Positions 39,097-48,639 of a stretch of DNA of 64,000 nucleotides are shown here, piece by piece. A model generated the notes under the pieces. The model did no database searches and was not told the DNA's origin. It worked only from the letters and a program-made list of their open reading frames with translations. Numbering within the stretch: position 1 is the stretch's first letter; every line of letters begins with the position of its first letter. The DNA is from Candidatus Saccharimonadales bacterium (lineage in GTDB: Bacteria > Patescibacteriota > Saccharimonadia > Saccharimonadales > JANWIN01). A program made the position numbers and the translations under genes. The stretch lies in assembly GCA_025449905.1 (NCBI GenBank), contig JANWIN010000004.1:24656-88655 (forward strand). The letters are read 5' to 3'.

Positions 39097-40866
39097 ATGA
39101 AACATATTTGGCGGATTATTAGATTTACCAAAGATTTGTGGCCCTATTATTTGGCCATAAGTATCTTTAGCGTGCTAATTGCTGGCATGGGCTTAATAAT
39201 CCCTCTGTTATCCGGTAATGCTATTGATGAATTGAGGTTAGGCACAGGTAGCAATATTGAGACACTGGTTTGGCTGGCTATCGGCATATTCTTAGTCGAC
39301 CTCGGCACAACGGTTGTCTCTAACATTAGCGGCTATCTGGGCGATCGCATGTCTACAAAACTGCAGCGGATTTTAAGCAACCGCTACTATGAGCACATTA
39401 TTAGTTTGCCACAGGAATTTTTCGACAAAGAGCTGTCCGGCAAGATTATTAACCGCCTAAACCGTTCCATCAGCCAAATAACAAACTTTATGCAAATGTG
39501 GAGCAATAACTTTCTACAGTTTGTTTTTAGCACCATTTTTGCCCTGGTGGTAATTGCTTACTTTAGCTGGCCGATTGCGCTGCTTCTGTTCACCCTTTAT
39601 CCAATCTTTATATTTATGACTGTTAAAACAAGTAGCAAGTGGATGAAATACGCTACGCGCATCAACAGGCAATGGGATGTCGCTACCGGCCGTTTCGCCG
39701 AGGCCATAAATCAGGTCAAAGTCGTAAAAAGTTTCAATCAGGAAAAATTCGAGCTGAAATTTTTTGACCGCCGCTACCGGCGTATGACCAATATTGCTAA
39801 GCCCCAGTCTATTTTATGGCACAAGCGCGATGTTCAGCGTCGGGTGATTTTAAATCTAATATTTTTAGGTGTCTATCTTTTGGTATTTATTCAGGCGGCA
39901 AATGGCGCATTTACAGTTGGCCAAGCTGTGACTCTAATTTTGTATGCCGCCCAAATTAGAATCCCAATCTTTACTATCAGTTTCTTAGTAGAGAATACCC
40001 AGCGGGCGGTGGCCGATAGCAAGGATTATTTCGAGATTATGAACATCACTCCGGCGATTGAAGATAAACAGGGAGCCAAAAAGCTAAAAATCAGCCGCGG
40101 CGAGATAAAGTTTGAAAGTGTCTCCTTTGCCTATGACCAACAAGCTGTTTTAAAAACAGTTAGCTTTAGCGTTAAACCTGACAGTAAAGTGGCTCTAGTC
40201 GGCGAAAGCGGCGAGGGAAAGACAACCATAGTAAATTTGCTGATGCGGCTTTATGAACCGCAAAAGGGCAAGATATTAATAGATGGGCAAGATATTAATG
40301 AAGTCACTCAAGCCAGCCTGCGGGCCAACGTTGGGGTGGTCTTTCAGGACCCGGCATTATTTTCTGGCACAATTCTTGAGAACATTGCTTACTCAAACCC
40401 AGACGCCACTAAAGAGCAGGTAGTTTCGGCGGCCAAATCGGCCAATGCCCACGAATTTATTAGCAAATTTGAAAAAGGTTACGACAGCGAGATAGGCGAG
40501 CGCGGCCTCAAGCTCAGCGGCGGTCAAAAACAGCGTATCGCTATCGCCCGAGCACTATTAAAAGATGCGCCAATTTTAATTCTGGATGAGGCCACTAGCA
40601 GCCTGGACAGCAAAAGCGAAGTTTTGGTCCAGCAAGCCCTGGGGCGCTTGATGGAGGCCCGCACTACTTTGATAATTGCTCACCGTCTAAGCACCATTCA
40701 ACATGTCAATGAAATAATTACACTGCGCGGCGGCAAGGTTGATGAAATTGGCTCACCGGAAAAACTGGCCACCAGCGGCGGTATCTACGATCAACTACTC
40801 AAGCTCCAGCGCCGCCACACTGACACTAGCGCCAAGAAGCTAAAAGAATTTGAAATAGCTGGCTAG
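39097..40866 (+). CDS. ABC exporter, fused permease/ATPase (MsbA-like)
   Basis: TM domain, GESGEGKT, LSGGQKQR, ILDEATS, IAHRLST. Confidence 0.95.
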   Translation: MKHIWRIIRFTKDLWPYYLAISIFSVLIAGMGLIIPLLSGNAIDELRLGTGSNIETLVWLAIGIFLVDLGTTVVSNISGYLGDRMSTKLQRILSNRYYEHIISLPQEFFDKELSGKIINRLNRSISQITNFMQMWSNNFLQFVFSTIFALVVIAYFSWPIALLLFTLYPIFIFMTVKTSSKWMKYATRINRQWDVATGRFAEAINQVKVVKSFNQEKFELKFFDRRYRRMTNIAKPQSILWHKRDVQRRVILNLIFLGVYLLVFIQAANGAFTVGQAVTLILYAAQIRIPIFTISFLVENTQRAVADSKDYFEIMNITPAIEDKQGAKKLKISRGEIKFESVSFAYDQQAVLKTVSFSVKPDSKVALVGESGEGKTTIVNLLMRLYEPQKGKILIDGQDINEVTQASLRANVGVVFQDPALFSGTILENIAYSNPDATKEQVVSAAKSANAHEFISKFEKGYDSEIGERGLKLSGGQKQRIAIARALLKDAPILILDEATSSLDSKSEVLVQQALGRLMEARTTLIIAHRLSTIQHVNEIITLRGGKVDEIGSPEKLATSGGIYDQLLKLQRRHTDTSAKKLKEFEIAG

Positions 40867-40884
40867 CGGTTATAATAAAAAGCC

Positions 40885-41412
40885 ATGGCCGAATTACCTA
40901 AACGCATCGCTGCCCTGACCTTGGCAGGAGTCTTTTTAATTACCACCATTGGCTTTAGCGTCTTGATTATTGTTCAAATCAATCAGCAGAATAAAAATAA
41001 TAGCGGCCAGCAGGACTCGATTAATAAGCAGCTAAAAGGTACAAAACTAGAGAATTTTACACCCGTTAGTAAGGTTGACAAACTGAAAATTACCGATTTG
41101 GAAAAAGGTAAAGGCGTAGCCGCGAAAGCTGGAGATAACGTAACTGTTTATTATATTGGCGCTCTGGCAAATAGCGGCGTAGTGTTCGATTCATCTTCCG
41201 ATCATGGTAGTGAACAACCAGTCAGCACCGTTAATTTAAGCGAAGTGATAAAGGGCTGGAGTCGTGGCATCCCAGGCATGAAACCGGGCGGAACGCGCCG
41301 CTTATTGATACCTGCCGACCTCGCCTATGGCGCCAATCCTCCAGCTGGGGCGGGCATTCCTGCCGATACTGATTTGGTGTTTGATATAACGCTATTGGCA
41401 GCCCAAAAATAG
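40885..41412 (+). CDS. FKBP-type peptidyl-prolyl isomerase, membrane anchored
   Basis: FDSS, VIKGW..G, MKPGGTRRLLIP..LAYG, LVFDI. Confidence 0.93.
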   Translation: MAELPKRIAALTLAGVFLITTIGFSVLIIVQINQQNKNNSGQQDSINKQLKGTKLENFTPVSKVDKLKITDLEKGKGVAAKAGDNVTVYYIGALANSGVVFDSSSDHGSEQPVSTVNLSEVIKGWSRGIPGMKPGGTRRLLIPADLAYGANPPAGAGIPADTDLVFDITLLAAQK

Positions 41413-41455
41413 CAGGCGCTAAATAGCGTGGTTTTTAGCCAATTTGGTGCAAAAA

Positions 41456-41471
41456 ACACTACATATGGGGC
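41456..41471 (+). promoter_or_regulatory. possible NrdR-box
   Basis: ACACTACATATGGGGC resembles acaCwAtATaTwGtgt; upstream of an NrdH-like redoxin. Confidence 0.35.
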
Positions 41472-41567
41472 TATTGACATTAACTAATACGCTAACTATA
41501 CTGAAGACACAACTTAAATATTCAACATAAACACCTCACATAAATTCATCAAAAAAAGGGGACTAAG

Positions 41568-41816
41568 ATGCCAAAAAACATCACTATCTTTACTACCAAC
41601 ACCTGCGCTTACTGCGGCATGGTAAAAAAATGGCTGGGCGCTAAGGGCTACAGCTACGAGGAAGTCAACATAGACGAGCATCCCGAACGACAGCAAGAAG
41701 CCCTACAAGCCAGCGGCCAGTTAGCTGTACCGGTTACGGTTGTTACTCGCCAAGACGATTCACAAGAAGTAGTTGTGGGTTATAATTTAGCCAAACTAGC
41801 CCCTGCCGTCTCGTAG
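41568..41816 (+). CDS. glutaredoxin-like (NrdH-type) redoxin
   Basis: CAYC active site, VP cis-Pro, VVGYN. Confidence 0.9.
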   Translation: MPKNITIFTTNTCAYCGMVKKWLGAKGYSYEEVNIDEHPERQQEALQASGQLAVPVTVVTRQDDSQEVVVGYNLAKLAPAVS

Positions 41817-41938
41817 ATTTGTTTTATATAAATACATTGCGGTGTCGAAACTTGCGCGCTTCATTCAGCGTACTATTCAAGTACGCCTCATTACAGTGCT
41901 CAGCTTCTCTTAGCACTGCATTCATCTAAAACAAATCT
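41815..41938. repeat. 124-bp palindromic MITE-like element
   Basis: Terminal inverted repeats AGATTTGTTTTA/TAAAACAAATCT and central GCGTAC-N7-GTACGC hairpin. Confidence 0.65.
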
Positions 41939-41955
41939 GTTAGAATAGAAAAAAT

Positions 41956-42921
41956 ATGGTTGAAGAGACGACTGATAAAAATAAGGTTTGGGATGTGGTG
42001 ATGATTGGCGCTGGGCCGGCTTCACTAGCCGCCGCCGTCTATACAACCCGTGAAGATATCGAGACTGTATTATTCGAAAAAGGTGCTATTGGCGGTTTAG
42101 CGGCAGTAACCGACTGGGTAGATAATTACCCGGGCTTTCCCAAAGGCATCTCCGGACTAGATTTATCTGCTAATCTTCAAGCCCAAGCCGAACGTTTCGG
42201 CGCCAAGATTGAGCTGGGCGAAGTCAGCAAAATTGAAGATAAGGGTGATTATAAGCTCCTGCAAACCACTGAAGGGGAATATAAGGCCAAGGCCATCTTA
42301 ATCGCCACAGGCAGTGATTATAAAAAAATTGGTGTACCTGGCGAGGCGGAATTTTATGCCCGAGGCGTACACTACTGCGCCACCTGCGACGGTGCCTTTT
42401 ACCGTGACAAAAAACTGGTGGTGGTTGGCGGTGGCAACTCAGCAGCTCAGGAATCATTATTCTTAACCAAATTTGCCACCCATATTGATTTGTTAGTGCG
42501 CAGTACTTTTAAGGCTAGCGATATCTTGCAAAAAGAAGTTAAACAAAATCCTAAAATCACAATTCACATAGGCACCACAACTGATGAAATTGTCGGTAAA
42601 GACGGTAAAGTTACAAAAGTGATTGGAACGGACACGGCCAGCGGCAAAAAAGTGGAGTTTCCAACTGATGGGGTGTTTGTGTTTGTTGGCCTATCACCAA
42701 ATACCGAATTTTTGGCTGGCAGTAGTATTGAGCTTGATAACATTGGACTGATTAAAACTAGCATGAACGATTTGCAAACAAATATGCCCGGTGTGTTTGT
42801 GGCTGGCGATGTTCATTCCGGAGCGACCATGCAAATTGCCAGCGCCGTTGGCGAAGGCGCCACGGCCGCTCTACATATCCGCGAGTATCTTGAAGGCAAA
42901 CCACATCCGATTCAGAATTAA
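41956..42921 (+). CDS. trxB: thioredoxin reductase
   Basis: GAGPA, NYPGF, CATCDG, GGGNSA, AGDV. Confidence 0.96.
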   Translation: MVEETTDKNKVWDVVMIGAGPASLAAAVYTTREDIETVLFEKGAIGGLAAVTDWVDNYPGFPKGISGLDLSANLQAQAERFGAKIELGEVSKIEDKGDYKLLQTTEGEYKAKAILIATGSDYKKIGVPGEAEFYARGVHYCATCDGAFYRDKKLVVVGGGNSAAQESLFLTKFATHIDLLVRSTFKASDILQKEVKQNPKITIHIGTTTDEIVGKDGKVTKVIGTDTASGKKVEFPTDGVFVFVGLSPNTEFLAGSSIELDNIGLIKTSMNDLQTNMPGVFVAGDVHSGATMQIASAVGEGATAALHIREYLEGKPHPIQN

Positions 42922-43595
42922 ATGGGGGGGTAGCCGGGGAAGAAGTCACCAACTAGTTCGTTCTTGGGCACACCCAGTTTTTCTAGCTCTTCCATAAAAG
43001 TTTCAACCATTGGCTCTGGCCCGGATATATAAATTCGCTTGGCCTTGCCGGTTAATTTCAGTATTTTTTGCGAGGTTAAGCTCTGGCCTTTTTCTTTTAC
43101 GAACAAAACCGGCTTTATACCATACTTCTTAAACAGATCTAAAAATATAGCGTCCCGGGCTTCATTAAGCGCCCAGATAAATTGAATTTCGCGCTTTTCA
43201 CCTGTATCAAGCAAGTATTGAACTATGCTGTGAAACGGTGTGACGCCAATGCCGCCGGCTACAAAAACCAAAGGAATACTTTTATCTTTGGGTAGGACAA
43301 AGTCTCCCATTGGCTCAGCCAAATCAACCTCGGCGCCTTCTTTAAGCTTAAAGAGTGTTTTCTTGAATGAGCTACCTTTAGCGCCGGCGTCTTTGGTGGT
43401 TATAGACCAGAGATTATTCGTCGGCGATGCTGAAATCGTAAACCAGTGCTTTTTGCCGCGTTCGTCTGGGTTTTTATGCGGTAAGTAAAGTTCAGTAAAC
43501 TGGCCGGCTGTAAATTTAACCTTGCGGGGTAGCCGCCACCAAAAAGTTGTAACGTTATGATTAATTTTCTCCTTGTGGTCAAACACCGCTTTCAT
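42918..43595 (-). CDS. FNR-like FAD/NAD(P)-binding oxidoreductase
   Basis: FTAGQF, FTISASP, PMGDF, AGGIGVTPF, YISGP; true start MKAVF at 43595. Confidence 0.88.
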   Translation of the reverse strand: MKAVFDHKEKINHNVTTFWWRLPRKVKFTAGQFTELYLPHKNPDERGKKHWFTISASPTNNLWSITTKDAGAKGSSFKKTLFKLKEGAEVDLAEPMGDFVLPKDKSIPLVFVAGGIGVTPFHSIVQYLLDTGEKREIQFIWALNEARDAIFLDLFKKYGIKPVLFVKEKGQSLTSQKILKLTGKAKRIYISGPEPMVETFMEELEKLGVPKNELVGDFFPGYPPI

Positions 43596-43640
43596 AGGCC
43601 TTTTTAGTGTACAATAAGTGCTGAAATTAAGGAGAAATAA

Positions 43641-44168
43641 ATGCCTGACTTTAATAAAATACTGAACCCTGGAGACATAGAAAAGGGAATAGTAAATACC
43701 GTTATTGAAATTCCTAAATGGTCTACTTTGAAAATTGAGTGGAATCGCGAACTTGCCTGCTTTGAATTGGACCGCGTTGAGCCAAGTATTTTTGCTAAGC
43801 CAGCCAATTATGGCTTTATTCCGCAAACTCTAGATGGCGACGGTGATGAGTTAGACACATTGGTTTTGACTAATGACCCTATCCCAACCGGAGTTTATGT
43901 CAAAGCCAAAGTCATCGGCGTACTTAATTTTGAGGACGATGGTGACGAAGATCATAAAATTGTTTGTGTCCCGGTTGATGATAGAAATACGGGAGATGCG
44001 ATTCAGTCTTTAGATGATGTCCACGATCGCTGGAAAGAAAAAATTGAACATCATTTCAACCATTACAAAGACTTATATAAGCCTGGCTCTACTAAAGTAT
44101 TAGGCTGGGGTGATGCCGAAGCAGCTAAGAAAATAATCCAAGAATCGATAGAACGCGCCAAGAAGTGA
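43641..44168 (+). CDS. ppa: inorganic pyrophosphatase (family I)
   Basis: IEIPK, LDR, NYGFIPQTL, DGDELD, YKDL. Confidence 0.95.
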   Translation: MPDFNKILNPGDIEKGIVNTVIEIPKWSTLKIEWNRELACFELDRVEPSIFAKPANYGFIPQTLDGDGDELDTLVLTNDPIPTGVYVKAKVIGVLNFEDDGDEDHKIVCVPVDDRNTGDAIQSLDDVHDRWKEKIEHHFNHYKDLYKPGSTKVLGWGDAEAAKKIIQESIERAKK

Positions 44169-44581
44169 AAAACATACGAACTGTAGCTAAAGCTGTTCTT
44201 TTTAATGGCGACAAAGTTTTAACTGTACGCCGAAGCAAAACCGATCCGCGTCGTCCTTTAGAGTGGGATTTGCCTGGTGGGATTGTTGAAGACGGCGAAG
44301 AGTTCAACGAAGCTTGCGCCAGGGAAATACTAGAAGAAGTAAATATAAAAGTCGATCCTAAAAAGCTACATCTAGCTCATGCGCAAACTGAGATGGTTGA
44401 AGGTAAAGGCAATACATCTTGGCTTATTTATGTAGGTAGGATAAACGAGACAAAAGTAGAGCTAAGCTTTGAGCATGATAAATTTCAATGGGTAAGTTTG
44501 GTGGAAGCCATAAAACTAAACTATTATGAGCGTCAGCTTCGTGCTCTTAACCATATAAAAGAAAATAATTTAATACCTTGA
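44165..44581 (+). CDS. NUDIX hydrolase
   Basis: WDLPGGIVEDGEEFNEACAREILEE Nudix box, LSFEH. Confidence 0.92.
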   Translation: MKNIRTVAKAVLFNGDKVLTVRRSKTDPRRPLEWDLPGGIVEDGEEFNEACAREILEEVNIKVDPKKLHLAHAQTEMVEGKGNTSWLIYVGRINETKVELSFEHDKFQWVSLVEAIKLNYYERQLRALNHIKENNLIP

Positions 44582-44614
44582 TTTATAGCTTAAAAAGTAT
44601 TATAATAAGTTAAT

Positions 44615-44920
44615 ATGGAAAGTTTTTATTCTTTGGCTGACTTTGATAAAGATCACGACAGGTGGGCGGCTACTGGTCGTCATGGAGCAGCGGCGGAAGA
44701 GTTTTTCTATTTCTACACTAAACGCGATGAGCACAGCGGAAGATTAAGACCAGCGGTTGAGCTAACATCAGAAATAGCTCAGCAGTACCATCATCATCTA
44801 GCTGGGCTGGTAACCGTCGACGCCGTTCCTTTGGCAGTTCATGGCAGAATACAAAAAGCAGAGCTTGCTGACTTTGCGGCTAAATTGACTGACCTGTATA
44901 CAACAGTTGAACAAGCTTAG
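44615..44920 (+). CDS. hypothetical protein
   Basis: 101 aa ORF with TATAAT upstream. Confidence 0.55.
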   Translation: MESFYSLADFDKDHDRWAATGRHGAAAEEFFYFYTKRDEHSGRLRPAVELTSEIAQQYHHHLAGLVTVDAVPLAVHGRIQKAELADFAAKLTDLYTTVEQA

Positions 44921-44976
44921 TTCTATCTATATAATTGCCAAAAGAAAAACACTAGCGTTTAAAGGGTAAAATATTT

Positions 44977-45993
44977 ATGAAAATTAGGGTGGCTATCAAC
45001 GGCTTCGGAAGAATTGGGCGCAACACTTTTAAAATTGCTTTTGATCGACCCGACCTGGATATCGTCGCTATTAACGACCTAACTGATACCAAAACCCTAG
45101 CTCATCTTTTGAAGCATGATAGCAACTACGGACTTTACGACAAAGATGTTAAATCTGACGAACAACACATCATAGTAGAGGGCCAACCAATCAAGGTTCT
45201 GGGAGAAAAAGATCCGTCAAAATTACCTTGGAACGAAATGGGCGTTGACGTGGCCATTGAGTGTACCGGTTTGTTCACGCATCACGAGGATCTAGAGATG
45301 CATCTTAAAGCCGGTGCCAAGCGGGTAGTTTTATCGGCACCGGAAAAAGATGACACTCACCACGACACTTACTTAATTGGCGTTAACGAGCACGACCTAA
45401 AACCAGAACACACGATTATTTCTAACGCCAGTTGTACAACCAACTGCATTACACCTGTTGCCGCGGTAGTGGAAAGCAAATTTGGTATTGAAAAAGTTAT
45501 GATGACCACCGTCCATAGTTATACAGCCAGCCAAAAATTGCAGGATGCCCCAGCCAAAGATTTGCGCGAAGCCCGGAACGCTGCCGAGAACATTGTGCCG
45601 ACCACGACCGGCGCCTCAATTGCGGCGTCTAAGGCTCTGCCAGCCCTAAAAGGTGTCTTTGGAGGTATGAGCATTCGCGTGCCCACCCCGGTGGTCAGTC
45701 TTAGCGATTTTGTCTTTATAACCAAGCGCAAAGTCACTGTTGATGAAGTCAACCAGGCTTTTGTTGAAGCGGCTCGAAATCCTTACTACCAAGGCATATT
45801 AGATGTTACCGAGGAAGAACTAGTTAGCAGCGACTTCATCGGCAATAGCCACTCGGCAATTGTCGATTTAAAACTTACAGCTGTGATTGATGGCGATATG
45901 CTCAAAGTTGTAGCTTGGTATGACAACGAATGGGGCTACTCCAATCGTCTAGTGGAAATGGTTGCCGAAGCCGGCAAACAACTTGCCCGATGA
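44977..45993 (+). CDS. gap: glyceraldehyde-3-phosphate dehydrogenase
   Basis: INGFGRIGR, SNASCTTNC, WYDNEWGYS. Confidence 0.98.
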   Translation: MKIRVAINGFGRIGRNTFKIAFDRPDLDIVAINDLTDTKTLAHLLKHDSNYGLYDKDVKSDEQHIIVEGQPIKVLGEKDPSKLPWNEMGVDVAIECTGLFTHHEDLEMHLKAGAKRVVLSAPEKDDTHHDTYLIGVNEHDLKPEHTIISNASCTTNCITPVAAVVESKFGIEKVMMTTVHSYTASQKLQDAPAKDLREARNAAENIVPTTTGASIAASKALPALKGVFGGMSIRVPTPVVSLSDFVFITKRKVTVDEVNQAFVEAARNPYYQGILDVTEEELVSSDFIGNSHSAIVDLKLTAVIDGDMLKVVAWYDNEWGYSNRLVEMVAEAGKQLAR

Positions 45994-46433
45994 AGATTTT
46001 TATTGGCGCTGATCACCAGGGTTTCCACTTGCGCAACGCTTTAATTAGCTATCTAAAAAGTGCCGGCTATGATGTAGTTGATGATGGCGACAAACAACTT
46101 AATCCCGAAGATGATTTCCCGATTTTTACGCAAAAAGTTATTAAAGACGTTCTGGCCAGTGACGACAACGAATCGCGCGGTATTTTAATCTGCGGCAGCG
46201 GCCAAGGGATGTGTATAGCCGCAAATCGTTTTAAGGGCATTCGTGCATGCCTGGGTTTTGATAAAGAAAGTATCCGCAGTGCGCGAAGTGACGATAATGC
46301 CAATGTACTATGCCTACCATCAAAAATTTTAGAAAAAGACGAGGCCAATATTATGGTTGAGCTATTTCTAAATACTCAATTTGCTGATGCGCCGCGTTTC
46401 AACCGTCGTCTCCGCGAAATAGATGAGTTCTAA
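45990..46433 (+). CDS. rpiB: ribose-5-phosphate isomerase B
   Basis: GADHQG, ICGSGQG, ANRFKGIRA; ATGA overlap with gap. Confidence 0.93.
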   Translation: MKIFIGADHQGFHLRNALISYLKSAGYDVVDDGDKQLNPEDDFPIFTQKVIKDVLASDDNESRGILICGSGQGMCIAANRFKGIRACLGFDKESIRSARSDDNANVLCLPSKILEKDEANIMVELFLNTQFADAPRFNRRLREIDEF

Positions 46434-47064
46434 AATGAGCGTTATTTGCCCGACAGTTACCGCCACCAATAGCCACATTTACCGCGCCCAGTTGGAAAAG
46501 GTGGCCAAATTTTCCAAGCGCATACACTTAGATTTTGCCGATAGTGAGTTTACTGATGTACAACTGATGGACTTAAGCCAAGCCTGGAAGCCAGAAGGCT
46601 TAGTTGTTGATTTGCACATGATGTTTAAAAATCCTACCGAACAATTAGAACATGCTATTAAACTCAAAGCTGACCTAATTATCTTGCAAGCTGAATCGGA
46701 AGGAAATTTCAGAGATTTAGCCAGTCGGATTAAACAGTCTAATATAAAAGTCGGCATAGCTTTATTACCAAAAACGTCGGTAGCAAACATATCTAAAATC
46801 TTGCCAATCCTTGACCATGTTTTAATTTTTAGCGGTCACTTGGGGCACCAGGGCGGTCGGGCTGACCTATCACTACTTGGTAAAATAAGTGAAGTTAAAG
46901 AAATCAAGCCGGATATTGAAATCGGTTGGGACGGTGGCATTAATGATCAAAACTCTAAAACCTTATCGACAAATGGTGTTGATGTCCTAAATGTCGGCGG
47001 CTTCATCCAGCAGGCCAAAAATCCGGCCAAGGCCTACTCAAAACTCATCAAAATCGTCTCTTAA
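46423..47064 (+). CDS. rpe: ribulose-phosphate 3-epimerase
   Basis: IHLDFAD, DLHMM, G.QGG, WDGGIN. Confidence 0.88.
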   Translation: MSSKMSVICPTVTATNSHIYRAQLEKVAKFSKRIHLDFADSEFTDVQLMDLSQAWKPEGLVVDLHMMFKNPTEQLEHAIKLKADLIILQAESEGNFRDLASRIKQSNIKVGIALLPKTSVANISKILPILDHVLIFSGHLGHQGGRADLSLLGKISEVKEIKPDIEIGWDGGINDQNSKTLSTNGVDVLNVGGFIQQAKNPAKAYSKLIKIVS

Positions 47065-47106
47065 ATTGTACAAGATATTGACGATCGTCACAAAAGGGGA
47101 CAATTT
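47063..47106. repeat. 44-bp nested palindrome, copy B
   Basis: AAATTGTACAA-GATAT-TGACGATCGTCA-CAAAA-GGGGACAATTT. Confidence 0.9.
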
Positions 47107-47678
47107 CAAAAAAGTGCTGGGTAGAGTTTTTTGAAATGCTTCATCATATTGCCAGTCGGCTGAAAATCTACCACCTCCAATAGCTGCAAATGTTGCTCAA
47201 TTCCGTAGGCTTTTTGGATTGCATGAAAGGCCTCAAGATAGGGCAGAGGGTGAATCCACAGACTTAGCTGCAGTTGCTTAAAGCCTAACTCTTTTAGTAA
47301 CCGACGGATGTGGTGTCTGGCGTCGCGTAATGGTTCAGGAATATCGAAGGCCACTAGACGCCAGCGACCATCCCACTTAGCAATTTTAGGTTGCTTATAT
47401 TTTAAGAATGTAAGTTTTTCTAGTTCTTCTATGCCGGTTTTGGTAATTGCGAATTCGGCCTTGCCATAAGTGCCACTCTTTTTAATTAAGCCAACCTCCT
47501 CTAGGTTGTAAAGTTGGCGTTGAACCTCTCGCCGTGTCGGTCGTTTACCAAAGTTGGGATTAACCAACACTTTGTCCATAATTTCGTTTAAGCTAGCACC
47601 GGCGCTAATTTCTTTGATGACCTGCATATACCAAAAAGCAGCATCGCTAATTTTGTGTGGCCAAATATATTTCCCCAT
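47106..47678 (-). CDS. PaaX-like protein (winged HTH plus Cas2-like ferredoxin-fold domain)
   Basis: LYNLEEVGLI..ITKTG wHTH; WDGRWRLVAFDIPE..R..LKELGFKQLQLSLWI. Confidence 0.85.
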   Translation of the reverse strand: MGKYIWPHKISDAAFWYMQVIKEISAGASLNEIMDKVLVNPNFGKRPTRREVQRQLYNLEEVGLIKKSGTYGKAEFAITKTGIEELEKLTFLKYKQPKIAKWDGRWRLVAFDIPEPLRDARHHIRRLLKELGFKQLQLSLWIHPLPYLEAFHAIQKAYGIEQHLQLLEVVDFQPTGNMMKHFKKLYPALF

Positions 47679-47684
47679 TTGCTA

Positions 47685-47728
47685 AAATTGTACCAAAAGA
47701 TGACGATCGTCACAAAAGGGGACAATTT
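47685..47728. repeat. 44-bp nested palindrome, copy C
   Basis: AAATTGTACCA-AAAGA-TGACGATCGTCA-CAAAA-GGGGACAATTT. Confidence 0.9.
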
Positions 47729-47781
47729 GGGTGGTTACAAGGGGTTTGGTATAGTCATAAGCATGATTATAGGGCGTAAAT

Positions 47782-48639
47782 ATGGCCGGTAAATTTTCGG
47801 TTGAACAGCTGCAACTTAAGGCTGAAGCAATCCGCGAGGACATCATCCGCATGCTGGAACATGCTGGTAGCGGCCACAGTGCCGGACCGCTTGGTTTGGC
47901 CGATATTTTTACCGCGTTATATTTTGACATTTTGCAGCACGATCCTAAAAACCCAGACTGGGCGGAGCGTGATATGCTAGTGCTTTCAAATGGACACTGT
48001 GTGCCGGTGCGCTATGTGACCATGGCGCACGCTGGCTATTTTGATAAAGCCGAGCTTATGACTCTGCGCAAATTTGGCTCGCGTCTGCAAGGCCACCCGG
48101 AAAGATTAAAACTGCCGGGCATGGAAACTACCAGCGGGCCGCTGGGTAGCGGCATCAGCCAGGCGTCCGGCATGGCGCTGGGGTTGAAAATGGATAAAGC
48201 CAGCCACCGCTGGGTGTATGTGGTGACTAGCGACGGCGAGCTGGATGAAGGCAACTCGTGGGAGGGAGCCATGCTGGCGTCCAAATATAAACTCAATAAC
48301 CTAGTCGCCATAGTTGATAGAAATAACATCCAAATTGACGGCCCAACAGAAAACGTTATGCCACTCGAAGATTTAAAGGCCAAGTGGGAGGCTTTTGGCT
48401 GGCACGTTATTGAGATTGATGGCAACAACATAGAAGCTGTGATCGACGGCTGCGCCATGGCTCGAGCGATTGTTGAAAAACCATCCGTTATTTTGGCGCA
48501 CACAGTGCCGGGTAAGGGCGTGGACTTTATGGAGTACGACTTTCATTGGCATGGCAAACCGCCTAATCACGAAGAGGCTAAAAAGGCCTTGCATGAACTG
48601 CGAACATTGAAGGGCAAAATAAAAGGTGAGCATGAGTAA
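47782..48639 (+). CDS. transketolase, N-terminal subunit
   Basis: GSGH, LSNGH, LQGHP, GPLGSG, SDGELDEG, WHG. Confidence 0.95.
   Translation: MAGKFSVEQLQLKAEAIREDIIRMLEHAGSGHSAGPLGLADIFTALYFDILQHDPKNPDWAERDMLVLSNGHCVPVRYVTMAHAGYFDKAELMTLRKFGSRLQGHPERLKLPGMETTSGPLGSGISQASGMALGLKMDKASHRWVYVVTSDGELDEGNSWEGAMLASKYKLNNLVAIVDRNNIQIDGPTENVMPLEDLKAKWEAFGWHVIEIDGNNIEAVIDGCAMARAIVEKPSVILAHTVPGKGVDFMEYDFHWHGKPPNHEEAKKALHELRTLKGKIKGEHE

Noticed and set aside
43596-43826. N-terminal extension of the FNR-like ORF
   Set aside because: Largely antisense to ppa; the real start is MKAVF at 43595
47106-47678. CRISPR-associated Cas2 or a CRISPR array formed by the 44-bp repeats
   Set aside because: No cas1 or other cas genes in the window; the repeats are separated by a whole gene or 24 kb, not by short spacers; the protein has an N-terminal wHTH like PaaX
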